Shown here: positions 27,567 through 50,971 of the stretch, one piece after another
Position numbering within the stretch: position 1 is the stretch's first letter
Layout of the letters: every line of letters starts with the position of its first letter
From: Ministeria vibrans ATCC 50519
Taxonomy: Eukaryota > Protista > Filasterea
DNA: 64,000 bases
Reading direction: 5' to 3'
Assembly (NCBI GenBank): GCA_943704425.1
Contig: CALSCP010000335.1
Span: 161,406 to 225,405 of the forward strand
The notes under the pieces: model-generated
Databases searched by the model: none
Seen by the model: the letters and a program-made list of their open reading frames with translations, nothing else
Told to the model about the DNA's origin: nothing
Translations under genes and position numbers: made by a program

Positions 27567-28913
27567 CTACCAGGGAAAGTCGACGGCGAGGCGCTGAAGG
27601 GCGCAGAGAGCGCTGGAGGCGGCGGTGGAAACGTCAGAGGGAGTGTGCTCGCGTGGGAGTAGGCTCTCGTACCACGAGACGAAGCGTGAGTAAAGCTCGA
27701 CGCCCTCAAGGTCCTCGCCCGGCTTGACGCGCTTGATCATTTGCATGGCCTTTTCGACCGACTTCTCAAATTCACTGCGGTGTCGCTCCCAGCGCAACTC
27801 GCGGTCCTTTCCGTAGTTGAGCGAGTCGAGCAGTGCGCCAATGAGCCGGTCGAGCTGTGCCGGCGAGTGGCTCTGTTCAATTTGCATGAGCCACTCACGG
27901 CGGTACATGTCCTCGTGGTCGACGAGCGACTGACTGTGTGTGGAAGTGAGAAAGGGAGCGAGAAGGAGGTTTCGCACGAGATCTGCAGCGTGGAACTTGA
28001 GACCGGGCGCCCGGTTATGCAAAAAGGTCCCCTGACCCATCAGCGACTTTTCTTGCAGCCACAAGAACACCATACCAAAGTTGATGGTGTTCTCAATGGA
28101 CACGTAGGTGAGCAGCATGCCACGTAGAGCGCAGTTGGCGTATCGTTGGAGAGCACGCAGACGTACTCGAGGACTCGCCGGCAACGATTCAAAGTCCTTT
28201 CGAATGGCCTCGTCAAAGAGTGATTTGACCATGGTCTGATGCGAGCTGTCTGTGTGATCGTAATCGTAGGAGTCGTTGTCGGCGTTTGGAGCGTGGCACC
28301 GAGCGCGCTCGAGCGCAATGGGCACTGCTGTCAAGGCATGGTAGAAGCAAGAGCGGTCCTCGAAGGACGGAGTCAGTCTTGAGCAGGGAAACAGTTCACC
28401 ACGTGGGTGTGCACTGGTGGGGACTGTGGACCGGTCGTCGCTGACGTCGATGGCTGTGGCGTGCTCGTGGACAAATCGATGGTAGGCACTGACATCCGAG
28501 AAGAGCACTTGATTGAGTTGCTGCACAAGGTCTGACTGCCGCCGCGCATCATCGTCACCCACAAGGTTGTCAAGGGCTTGGGCGGCGTCACGAATGGCTG
28601 CACAAAGCAAGAGAGTCGTTGTGACGCGCTGTTGGCCGTCGATACAAATGGTTTTTGTAGCGTCGTCGTCACACCGTCGAAAAATGGCCCGTCCAACGCC
28701 GTGGCCGCGACCGGGAGTGTCCACGAGTCCACCATTGACAGCATCATCCCACCACAGCTGCGCAATTCGGCGGTTCCAGCAGTAGCGACGCTGGAACAGC
28801 GGAATGATGACTGATTCGCGTGCGAAAAGTTCTTCAAAAGACACAATTGAAATGTCCTGCCGAGTGTCAGGCCCGTGCAGGCCGGGGCACTCCCACGATA
28901 GGTGTTTGAGCAT
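27567..28913 (-). CDS. DUF262 (GmrSD N-terminal, ParB-like) domain protein, intronless
   Basis: IIPLFQRRYCW, IDGQQRVTT and G-L-x-x-x-x-x-DLVRNLL match the hallmark motifs of DUF262. Confidence 0.8.
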   Translation of the reverse strand: MLKHLSWECPGLHGPDTRQDISIVSFEELFARESVIIPLFQRRYCWNRRIAQLWWDDAVNGGLVDTPGRGHGVGRAIFRRCDDDATKTICIDGQQRVTTTLLLCAAIRDAAQALDNLVGDDDARRQSDLVQQLNQVLFSDVSAYHRFVHEHATAIDVSDDRSTVPTSAHPRGELFPCSRLTPSFEDRSCFYHALTAVPIALERARCHAPNADNDSYDYDHTDSSHQTMVKSLFDEAIRKDFESLPASPRVRLRALQRYANCALRGMLLTYVSIENTINFGMVFLWLQEKSLMGQGTFLHNRAPGLKFHAADLVRNLLLAPFLTSTHSQSLVDHEDMYRREWLMQIEQSHSPAQLDRLIGALLDSLNYGKDRELRWERHRSEFEKSVEKAMQMIKRVKPGEDLEGVELYSRFVSWYESLLPREHTPSDVSTAASSALCALQRLAVDFPW

Positions 28914-29401
28914 ATTTATTATGGTATGGCGAGTATACGGCGTTGAGGTTGAGGAACGGGTAAGACAGAAAGAAAGGTAAAAGAGTGATTCTTAATTTGT
29001 TTGGTTGAGTGAAAAATCAAAGTGAATATAAGTGGGATGAGTTGGGTGTGAGCTTGTCAGAAACGAGTCGCCGATCGAGCAGCCAAGCAGGCCTTTAGCA
29101 ATAATGGGATGCACTCCCGCTTTAGGAATGCAGGAAGATCAGATATGACGGAGGGAGAAGGCGTTTGGACGCAGACGCACAGCGCACTAAATCAACCGGA
29201 CGAATTGGAGTTGTGTGTCGCTGATACGACTCGTTCACGCAAGTCATACGATGCCAGTGATGGAATAGTCAATGGTTGGCACACGTGGAGAAGCGAGCGA
29301 TCAGCAGCGAATAAGCGAACGGTGAGAGCGCAAAACGAAACGTAAACGTTTAATACAAAAACATTAAACAACAATACTATTTTTTTGATTTGAGTCTCGG
29401 A

Positions 29402-29565
29402 ATGCTCGTCGACAACGATAAGGTACTGGATCACGCTGCTGTGGGAAGGCAAACCGCACAGGACTAATGCGAAGCGCACCATTTAGTTTCTGACGGAACT
29501 TACTCGCTTCTTCGAGAAGCAAAAGCAGACGTCTGTTGGCTCACTCTACATCACGACGAAACGCT
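29402..29565 (+). CDS. SRP14: SRP14 5' exons only (29402-29422, 29487-29565); no 3' exons found
   Basis: MLVDNDK|FLTELTRFFEKQKQTSVGSLYITTKR matches the SRP14 N-terminus (FLTELTRLF...GSVYITLK). The GT-AG intron has a gactaat branch point, and a phase-1 GTAAG donor follows. Confidence 0.8.
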
Positions 29566-30024
29566 GTAAGCACCAGTCCCTTTCATGCATGTCTGTCGCT
29601 TCGCTCTTCCGCCTCTCTTACGACTCGTTCTTTTTTTTTTTTTTTTTTTTTTGTGTGTGAGTGTGTGTGATCCTTCCTCGTTCCCTTGTCTCAACGTCGA
29701 CCTCGCGTTTGTCGCTCCCCAATCCATCTGCGTGTTCGTCTGACGCGCCCGCTCCCCTTCGTGCTCACCGGCCAGTGGCCTCCTCCACCCTGGCCTGTCC
29801 TCTTGGCCCACTCGTGCCCTATTCCGGCGCTCCTGTCGTCTTTTTCCCAAACGCCATCAATTCGTGCCGAACCGTCTCTCTCGTTCTCCCTTCTCACGGG
29901 CGTCTGCCTTCTTCCCCATCGCGCCGCACCCCATGGAACCACCATAGCTACTACTTGTGCCCGCTTCTGGCCGCTCGTATCGCCTCCATAGTGCCGATGT
30001 GTCCCCAATGTATCTCCATTTCTT

Positions 30025-30074
<50 letters not shown>

Positions 30075-30212
30075 GCTCTCTCTCCTTCCATCCAGCGCCC
30101 ATCTTGCTTTGCACTTTCACAAGCCACTGTTTTATTCTCTGGCCTCGACGCTCTTCGTCTTTGTTGATTGTTTTTTTGTCGTTTCAACGTATCTGATTTT
30201 GATTTTTTTCAG

Positions 30213-40426
<10,214 letters not shown>

Positions 40427-40635
40427 GACGCACTTTTTTTTTCCTTTCCTTTTACTTAGTACAATCAATCAATTTTTTTACACAGGCGAATTCTTCTTTA
40501 TTGAGGGTAGTCACTAGCTTGTAGTCGGCCAGTCGATGTATAGAGTTTATACAGACTTGTTTCACGCACAATTCTTTTCCTTCTTTTTTTTGATCATTCA
40601 AAATTGAACTATAACATAATTATTTTTTTTTCATC

Positions 40636-43600
40636 ATGGCTAACCTACCGATCAAGTTCAAGGAGCACTTTCAGGTACAGTTTTTGCTGTTAAACCAGCC
40701 GTCACTAGGCAAAAATTAGTTCCTTTTTCTTCGTTTTTATAAGAAAAGGGAAAAAAAAAAAAAAAAACAAGTAAAAAAAGTGGCAGAATCGAGCAGGATG
40801 AGCGTATCATTGATGGTCGCTTTGTACCCCTTCTCTCGCACTGCCCCTACCATCGCTGTGCGAGAAGTTCTTTTTTTTTTTTCTCGCGTTAAAGTTTGGT
40901 TTTTGCACTTTTCGTTGAGAGCGGCTTCTCTGGGCCGGGTGCCTCCACTTGGGTCCTTTTGGCGCACGATAGGCAAGGATGCTACGCCTGCGCCGCACGC
41001 CCCAATTGTAGGCGAACAAGCGTCTGAATCAAAGAGACTTTTTTTTTTTTCGTCATGAAAATACCCATTATTGACGCATCGTACGGGCCCGCTCGTACCC
41101 TCACGCTGTCCTCCGGAGTGCTGATCGTCCTGCTATACTCCTTGATTGCTCGCATTTCCTCTGTGTCATCCTCTCTGTCGGCTTTTTTTTTTTTTTTACC
41201 GTTTTTGCCATTTTCAATTCCGTGGCATTGCGATCAGAGCCGCTGCTTCTCTTGTGGCGCTGTTGAATGTTCTGGGCAAAGTGACTGCACCTCGGCACGG
41301 AGCGTGTTTTGACGGGCTGTGGGTTTGATTCCAAATCGCTTTTTTTATTATCATTGCTCCAATGAGCCATTCAACCTCTTTCAAGCACTCCACGTCGCTG
41401 CTCTTGGCCCCTTGCCTTTGTACACGTCTCTTTACGATCGTTATGCTTTCAGGCAGCCGTCGTAAGAGTCGTATCTTGGCATAGATGACTTGCTTTTGAT
41501 TTTTTTTTTTTGCAACCTTATGTCTTGGGCCATTCCAGGCGTTCTCCATCGCGAAACGCAATTGTGCCTCTCTCTGTGTATTTGTTGTTTGAATTCCTCT
41601 TCGTTGGGACGATCCATTTCCCTGATTGTTCTTCGGAAAACACTTTAAAAGTTGCAAAATGTCACTCAAAAAAATTTTTTTTTGCGTTCTTTCCCTTCTC
41701 AGCTCCAAAACCTCGGCATCAATGCCGCCAGCATCGGTTTCTCGACGCTCACGATGGAAAGTGACAAGTACATTTGCATCCGAGAGAAGCTGGGCGAGAC
41801 TGCACAGGTACGTTGCAATAAAGACGACACTTTGAAGTCGAGTTGTTGATTTTCTTTTCTTTTTTTGTTCTCTTTTGTGCACTATTGTGTAGGTCGTGAT
41901 CATCGACATGGCTGACCCGCTCAACCCGACACGTCGACCAATCACCGCGGACTCTGCGATTATGAATCCCACCAGCAAGGTGATTGCGCTCAAGTCAGGC
42001 AACTCGCTGCAAATCTTCAACTTGGAGATGAAGAGCAAGATGAAGGCGCACACCATGTCTGAAGAGGTTCTCTTCTGGAAGTGGATCTCGGTCAATACCA
42101 TTGCCATGGTCACCGAGCAAGCTGCCTACCACTGGACTATGGAGGGCGACTCTCAACCTCTCAAGGTATAGAAAACGAACGATGAATAATAACTCATAAT
42201 TTTATTATTATTATTATTATTATTACATCAGGTGTTTGATCGACATGCTTCGCTCGCCGGCTGCCAAATCATCAACTACCGCACCGACCAGAAGCAGAAG
42301 TGGCTTCTTCTCACGGGAATCTCGGCTGTGGCCGGCCGTGGTGTCGTCGGCGCCATGCAGCTTTTCTCGGTGGAGCGTGGTGTGTCGCAGGCCATTGAGG
42401 GCCATGCGGGTGCCTTTGCGCAATTCAAGATGCCCGGCAACTCGCAAGAGTCGACACTCTTCTCGTTTGCCGTGCGCGGTGCCAACGGTGGCAAGCTGCA
42501 CGTCATCGAGGTGGGTGCGCCGGCCGAGGGCAACCAGCCCTTCCCCAAGCGTGCCGTCGACGTCTTCTTCCCACCCGAGGTGCAAAACGACTTCCCGGTT
42601 GCCATGCAAATCTCGCCCAAGTACGATGTCATCTTCCTCATCACAAAGTACGGCTACGTGCACATGTACGATTTGGAGACGGGCACGTCGCTCTACATGA
42701 ACCGCATCTCAGGCGAAACCATCTTTGTGACGTGTGCCCACGAGGCATCAGGTGGCATCATCGGTGTCAACCGCAAGGGTCAAGTCCTCTCTGTGACCGT
42801 CGACGAGGCCAACATGGTGCCTTACGTCTGCTCGACGCTGCAGAACCTCGACCTGGCCATGCGCATTGCCGTGCGCAACAACCTGCCGGGTGCCGATGAC
42901 ATGTTCGTCCGCAAGTTCAACGAGCTCTTCAACCAGCAAAATTACTCGGAGGCCGCCAAGGTGGCTGCGTCGGCACCTCGCAACATTCTGCGCACCCCCC
43001 AGACCATCCAGCGCTTCCAACAAGTCCCGCCCAACCCGGCCGGTGGCACCTCGCCCCTCCTCCAGTACTTCTCCATCCTGCTTGACCAGACCCGCCTCAA
43101 CAAGTTCGAGTCGCTCGAGCTCGTGCGTCCCGTCCTCCAAGGCGGCCGCAAGCCTCTCCTCGAGAAGTGGCTCAAGGAGGACAAGCTTGAGTACTCAGAG
43201 GAGCTCGGTGACCTCATCAAGGTAAGGGACAGACTCAAAAAAAAAAAAAAAAGGAGAAGAGATCGTCAAAGTCATTCTGGTTTTTTTTTTCTTGTTGGCT
43301 CATAGCCCAACGACACCACTTTGGCTCTGAGCGTCTACTTGCGTGCCAATGTGCCGCAAAAGGTCATCTATTGTTTCGCTGAGACTGGCCAGTACCAGAA
43401 AATTATTCTGTACAGCAAGAAGGTCAACTACGAGCCGGACTACGTCTACCTGTTGCGCACCATCATGCGTTCCAATCCCGAGCAGGGCACTGCTTTTGCT
43501 CAGATGCTCGCCAACGAGGACGAGCCGCTCGCCGATGTCAGCCAGATTGTCGACGTGTTTATGGAGAACAACATGATCCAGCAAGTGACGTCGTTCCTCT

Positions 43601-45232
43601 TGGACGCCCTCAAGAACAACCGCCCCGAGGAGGGTCCCCTTCAGACGCGTCTCCTCGAAATGAACCTCATGGGTGCTCCCCAGGTCGCCGACGCCATTCT
43701 CGGCAACAAGATGTTCACGCACTACGACAAGGCACACGTCGCTCAGTTGTGCGAACAGGCGGGCCTCTTCCAGCGCGCCCTCGAGCACTACACCGACGTC
43801 TTTGACATCAAGCGCGCCATTGTGCACACCCATCTGCTCAACCAGGTAAAAAAAAAAAAAAAAAATTCTTACCACAAAGAAAGGGAGGAACTCGAACGTC
43901 GTAACTCATTTCTTCTTTCTTTTCATATCAAAGACTTGGCTCATTGAGTACTTTGGCACTCTGTCGGTCGAGGACTCGATGGAATGCCTCAAGGCAATGC
44001 TCCAAGCAAACTTGCGCCAGAACCTCCCTGTTGTGGTGCAGATTGCGTCCAAGTACTACGAGCAGATGTCGACGCAGAACCTCATTGACCTCTTCGAGGG
44101 CTTCAAGTGCTTCGAGGGTCTCTTCCTCTTCCTCGGCAACATTGTCAACTTTTCGCAGGAACCCGATGTCCACTTCAAGTACATCCAGGCCGCGTGCAAG
44201 ACCGGCCAGATCAAGGAGGTACAATAAATTATAAAATCAATCAACTGGCACTGACTTTTCGCTTTTTCTCGTGTTCTCCTCCGTTTTTTTTTTTTTAGGT
44301 TGAGCGTATCTGCCGTGAGAGCAACTGCTACGATGCGGAGCGCGTGAAGAACTTCCTCAAGGAGGCTAAGTTGACGGATCAGCTGCCGCTTATCATTGTT
44401 TGCGACCGATTCGACTTTGTCCACGACCTCGTTCTCTTCCTCTGGCGCAACAACCTCCGCAAGTACATTGAGATCTACGTCACCAAGGTCAACCCGCATC
44501 GTCTTCCCGTCGTCGTTGGCGGTCTGCTTGACGTCGATGCAGGCGACGACATCATCAAGTCCCTCCTTCTCTCCGTCCGCGGCAACTTCTCCACCGACGA
44601 CCTTGTCGAGGAGGTCGAGAAGCGCAATCGTCTCAAGCTGCTTCTGCCCTGGCTCGAGAACCGTCTGCGTGAGGGAAGCGAAGAGCCCGCCACGCACAAC
44701 GCGCTTGCCAAGATTTACATCGACAGCAACAGCAACGCCGAGAAGTTCCTCCGCGAGAACGTCTTCTACGACAGCCGCGTCGTCGGCAAGTACTGCGAGA
44801 AGCGTGACCCCCATCTTGCCTTTGTCTCCTACGAGCGTGGACAGGTATAAAAAAAAAAGAGTTTCTAAAAGCGAATAGCGATCTAAACACACTTTTATTA
44901 TTTACGTTTGTAGTGTGACGCTGAACTTGTCGCTGTGTGCAATGCCAACTCGTTGTTCAAGAGTGAGGCGCGCTACCTCGTCAAGCGTCGTGATGCCGAG
45001 CTCTGGGCTCTTGTCCTCGACGGAGAGAACCAGGTACGATTAAATGAATAATAATTTATAATTATAATAATACTAATGACAATTATTTTATTGTGATGTT
45101 GTCTCTTTTTTGTCACTGTGTGTAGTTCCGCCGATCGCTCATCGATCAAGTGGTTCAGACTGCTCTTCCCGAGACCAACGACCCCGAGGATGTGTCTATT
45201 ACCGTCAAGGTATACTTAACATCGTTTTCTTC

Positions 45233-45264
<32 letters not shown>

Positions 45265-46048
45265 TTTTGGTCTCACCTGACGTTTTCTTCTTCGTTACTT
45301 TAGGCATTCATTACGGCCGATCTGCCCAACGAGCTCATTGAGCTGCTGGAGAAGATTGTGTTGGACAACTCGATGTTCTCGGACAACCGTAACCTGCAGA
45401 ACCTGCTGATCCTGACGGCAATCAAGGCCGACAAGACGCGTGTGATGGATTACGTCAACCGCCTGGACAACTACGATGCGCCCGACATTGCCAACATTGC
45501 CATTTCGAGCGAGCTCTTCGAGGAGGCCTTCACAATCTTCAAGAAGTTTGAGGTCAACACCAGTGCCATCGAGGTGCTCATTGAGCACATTGGCTCTCTT
45601 GACCGTGCCTACGAGTTTGCCGAGCGCTGCAACGAGCCGGAAGTGTGGTCGCTGCTTGCAGGTGCCCAACTCGCTGCCAACCTCATCAAGGAGTCGATTG
45701 ATTCATATGTTCGTGCCGACGACCCGAGGTACGTTGAGCGAAGGAGTCGCCATTGCTTTACTTATTTTTATTTTTATTATAATAATTATTATTATTTGTA
45801 GCCAATACGAGAATGTCATCTCGGCGGCAAACCGCGAGGAGCAGTTTGAAGACCTTGTGCGATACCTGCAGATGGCCCGCAAGAAGGCCCGTGAGCCTTA
45901 CGTCGAGACAGAGCTCATCTACGCCTTTGCCAAGACCAACCGTCTTGCCGATCTGGAGGAGTTCATCTCGGGCCCTAACGTTGCTCAGGTAAAGAGAAAT
46001 AACAAGTGCGTTCGTGTGTGTGTTGTGTGATTCATCAACTTTTTTTTT

Positions 46049-46082
<34 letters not shown>

Positions 46083-47969
46083 ACAGATTCAACAAGTTGG
46101 AGACCGTTGCTTTGACGGTGCCATGTACGAGGCTGCCAAGCTGCTGTACAACAACATTTCCAACTACGCACGTCTGGCCCAGACCCTGGTGCGTCTCGGC
46201 GAGTTCCAGGCGGCCGTTGACGGTGCACGCAAGGCCAACAACACAGCGACCTGGCGTGAGGTGTGCTTCTCGTGTGTCGATGCCACCGAGTTCCGTCTTG
46301 CCCAGATTTGCGGACTCCATATTGTGGTGCACGCTGATGAGTTGGGCGACCTCATCAACTACTACCAGGTAAAGAACAATGGTGGTATTAGAAAGAATGA
46401 CTACGAGATGACTAACAAAACAACTCTTCTGCGTTTTATTTCATTTTTTAGAGCCGTGGTCACTTTGAGGAGATCATTGCGCTGCTCGAGGCTGGTCTTG
46501 GCCTTGAGCGAGCACACATGGGCATGTTCACTGAGCTCGCCATCCTCTACAGCAAGTTCAAGCCGGCTAAGATGATGGAGCACCTCAAGCTCTTCTGGTC
46601 GCGCGTCAACATTCCCAAGGTACAAAAAATATAATTATTATAATTCTTACGATAGAATGGTGACTAATAAGTTGTTGAATGTTTGATAGGTTCTGCGTGC
46701 CGCCGAGGACGCTCACCTGTGGCGCGAACTGGTCTTCCTGTACCAGCACTACGATGAGTTTGACAACGCCATTCTCACCATGATGAAGCACCCCACTATT
46801 GCTTACGAGCACTCGGCGTTCAAGGACAACATTGTTAAGGTTGCTAACAGGTATGGATTTTTGTGCCCTTCTTTTTTTATAGTCCTCATAATTGTTTTTT
46901 TTTTCGTTAGCGAACTGTTGTACAAGTCGCTGTCGTTCTACCTTGAGTTTGCACCCATGAACCTCAATGACTTGCTCAACGTGGTTCAGAGCAAGTTGGA
47001 CCACACGCGCGGTAAGACAAGAGGATTTTTTTACACAATGACCTGTCTTATGATTTTTTTTTGTAGCCGTGTCTCTGTTCAAGAAGGCCAACGAGGTGCC
47101 TCTGGTGAAGCCCTACCTGATGACGGTGCAGCAGGCCAATGTGGTTGCTGTCAACGAGTGCATCAACGACCTGCTCATCAAGGAGGAGGACTACTCTGCG
47201 CTGCGTGACAGCATTGAGCACTTTGACGCCTTTGACAACATTGTGCTCGCCCAGAAGACTGAGAAACACGAGCTTCTTGAGTTCCGTCGCATTGCTTCGG
47301 TATGCCTAAGAGAGGGAGAAGACGCCGACCCGGACTAAAACTTTTTTTTTGTTTTTATTTGATGTAGCTTCTGTACAAGAAGAACAGCCGCTTCGCTATG
47401 GCAATTGAGCTGAGCAAAAAGGACAAACTGTACAAGGACGCGATTGACTCGGCAGCGGAGTCGCGCGACCGCGAGGTTGCCGAGAACCTGCTCAACTACT
47501 TCACGAACGAGATCAAGTCGAAGGAGTGCTTTGGTGCCTGTCTCTACACTTGGTATGAGAGATGAATTTTCCAAATAATTATATAATAATTATTAATGTT
47601 TCTTTTTTTTTGCCTGGTTTCAGCTACGACCTGGTGCGACCGGATGTTGTGATGGAGCTTGCCTGGCGCAACAACTACATGGACGTGGCGTTCCCGTTTA
47701 TGATCCAGGTGACGCGCGAGTACACCAACAAGGTGGACCAGATGTTCACGCGGTACGAGGAGAAGAAACAGGAGGAGGAGGCGGCCGAGGGAGCGCCCAC
47801 TCCCATGATGTTGGACCAGACGCAGCTGATGCTGACGGGTGGACCCGGTGTGATGATGGGCGGTGCGGCTGCCGGCATGATGGGCGGTATGCCTGGTATG
47901 GGCATGGGCATGCCTGGTATGGGCGGTATGCCCCAGCCAGGCATGCCGGGCTTCCAGCCTCGATTCTAA
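40636..47969 (+). CDS. CLTC: Clathrin heavy chain, multi-exon
   Basis: [13 protein letters not shown]|[73 protein letters not shown]. Confidence 0.98.
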
Positions 47970-48380
47970 GCTGTTCGTGTGACTCTCTTGTGTGCGTGTG
48001 CGTTTTTTTTTTCTTTGCTTGTGCGTGTTTCTCCTTTCTACCTTTCTTTGTGTTGTGTGTGTGCCCCTTGGGTCACAAGTTTTCTTTCTTCTTCTCTTTA
48101 CAAAAAATGAACGAACAATCAGCTATTGGAAACAGAACAGATTTCAATTTTCATCTATGGTTGTGTAGAGTCACGGAAAGGTCGTGGACTAGTGGTGGAG
48201 ACACGCTCGTACGAAACGGCGATGTAGATGCTACTGCATAAGATTTGTGTTTGTTCCAGTTTGAAATGCTCTATGGTGATTCGCTCCTTTTTTTTTTTGA
48301 TCTTCAGCCCCAAACAGCACCTCTCGCTTCCACCTTCCCATCAGTGGTTCTTGCCTGTGCGTGCTGTGTGGCTCCCCATC

Positions 48381-50201
48381 ATGGACTGCGTCTCCGTCAC
48401 ACATAACGAAAAAGCCGGCCAGACATCTTCACCACGCAGCTCATTAGACAGCGTTGGGGTACGTGTTGCTGGTGTTAGTCTCCTGCCCCCGTTGCCCCTC
48501 TGATTCCTAGAGCCAGAGAATGAGAGAGCGTTCAAACCCAAAAAAAAAACCCAAAAATAACCTTTTCGTTCTCTATCGTCTTTTATAGATTGAAATCAAG
48601 TGGCACAAGCTTCGCAGTTTCATTGAGAACTCATTAATAGGCTATGTGCGCAGTCAACAGGTAACAATGGGGTCGTTTGGCGATTTTTAGATCTGGTGTT
48701 GTTCTATCACGTCCTCTTGCCGTCCTAGCCCTTCTGGGGACTGGCCACGCTGCAAATTGCCGCGAACACGTTGTGTATGTTGGTCAGCAGCACCTCGTGC
48801 TCTTGAATTTCTCTATCGTGTCCATTTGGCTGACTTGGATGAGTTTGTGACGATTTTGTTTTAAAAAAAAATCGTGTCCGGCAAATGTACCACTCGCCTC
48901 TCATCGTCACCACGTCAACGTACTTTACTTTGACCAATTCTGGCGTATGTAAGCAGCAAGCGGCGTTTTAAAGAAGGACTCGCTGTCGTTTTGGGGATTT
49001 TTCGCGTTTTTATTTTTAAAAAAGACAATGCGCCCAACGAACACCGTCTTGCGCTCCACACACGCGTGCGTCGTCCTTGCACCGATGCTCAACCGGCGGG
49101 GTGGGGGGGGGTGGGGGTGAGTGTTGAAGGTGTCGCTGTGCTGAAAGACCGTCTTGTTCGATTGTAGCATTCGCTGCAGCACCGAATGCGATGGCTCCGC
49201 CAACAGTCCAGTCCAGTCCCTGTGCGCAAGATTGTTACAGCATTCGTTCCCTTCCTATGCTACCTGGCTCTCTTCAAGAACTACAACATGCTTCGCGCTG
49301 TGACGGGACTCGACGAAATCACCAAACCGAGTCTGACCTTCCTTCCCTGGCTCGAAAACTTTGTCTTCCACTGCATGCCCCACAAGATCTTCGCTTCCTT
49401 CCACACGCCCGTTCTCGACGTGCTCGCCGCCGTTCCATACCTCATTCACTTTGTTCTTCCCGTAAGAACCAGATCAAACCACACAAAAGCGGCTTTTTGA
49501 CTCGGTGTGCGTGTGTGTCTTGTCTTTTACAGTTTGTCTTCATTGCCTATCTCAAAGTAGTGCGCCGTACACGCGACATTTATCACTTCATTTGGTGTCT
49601 CGGGTGGGTCAACTTCACCGTTGTGCTGTTCCAGTTCCTGTTTCCCACCGCTCCGCCGTGGTACACCGACTCGGCGCAGTTTGGCATTGATGGACGGGTG
49701 CGCGACGATCTGCTGGGCCCACCCGAGGCAGGCTTTGTCCGCGTCGACCGCATGCTGGGATTCCCCCTCTTCAACGGCATTTACTCGCGGTCGCCGCTCA
49801 AGTTTGGTGCGTTTCCGTCGCTGCACGTCGCCTGGCCCTGCGTCGTCCTCTGCTGCGGTCCCTGGATCTCGCGCAAGGTGGGCATTGCGCATGTCGCCTG
49901 GATCACCTGGGCTGCCTTGTACTCCAACCACCACTACGCCGTTGATGCGCTCATGGGCATTGCCATTGTTCTCTTCATCACCCACATGGCCTCGCGTGTC
50001 TGGAGTCCCTTTGTCGACCGTTCGGTGCGCCAGTCGCTCCCTTTCACCCTCATCCCTCCTCCTCCATCCGCCTTCTCGACGTCCTCCCAGACCGCCACCA
50101 GCAACAGTAACACCCCCACCAGCACCCCTCCGCCCCAGCAACAGTCCATGGACCCCAATTTCTTCACAGGAGACCTCGCGTCAGTCTGTGTCCTCACCTA
50201 A
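48381..50201 (+). CDS. Aur1/IPC synthase-like PAP2-superfamily phosphotransferase; first exon tentative
   Basis: PTAPPWY, FGAFPSLHVAW and HHYAVD motifs with several hydrophobic helices. Intron at ~49462-49530; putative exon 1 at 48381-48458. Confidence 0.82.
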
Positions 50202-50415
50202 TTGTACCCGCTTTCATACAAACGCCATCCGTGATCTAATGGCTTTTTAAGCTTACCTATATTGAGAACAGATAAATCAAATATGAAACAGAGATACTAT
50301 GGCATGCGTTTGATCCATTTTGATCCAGTCTACAAATCATAGTCGACAATAAGAATAAAATGATTATTGAGCCAATCATTTTTTTAAATAATTCTTTTCT
50401 TCTTTGTGTTTCAAG

Positions 50416-50920
50416 ATGGGAAAGAAACAACACTCGAAAGACCGTATGTTTATTACGGCCCAGGAATGGAAGAACCATGGCGGGGGGTTCAAGGAGGCCA
50501 AGAAGCATGCTTATCGGGCGTACGTCGCGTCGCTAAACGGAAGAAAAAAAAAATGAAACGAAACGACTGACGAAAATGACGTCTCGATTTTGCAGTCTTC
50601 CCTTCTCTCACTGTGCTCTGAGCTTGCAGCCGTTTACCACGCCCATGTGCACGCTGGACGGGACTACCTACGACATTCTGCAGATTGTGCCGTACATGAA
50701 GAAGCACAAGAAGGACCCGCGCACGGGCGACGCACTCGACGCAAGGAACCTGGTGCGGCTGCACTTCCACAAGAACGCCGACGGCGTCTACCACTGCCCC
50801 GTGCTCTTCAAGGTCTTCAACGAGCACACGCACATTGTTGCAGTGCGCACCACGGGCAACGTGTACAGCATGGAGGCCGTCGAGAAGCTCAACATTGCCC
50901 AGAAGAATTGGAAGGTGCAT

Positions 50921-50971
<51 letters not shown>

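Noticed and set aside
41214-41700. Nested antisense protein gene in clathrin intron 1
   Set aside because: No recognisable domain or consistent minus-strand splice signals; the frame is a continuation of clathrin antisense sequence.
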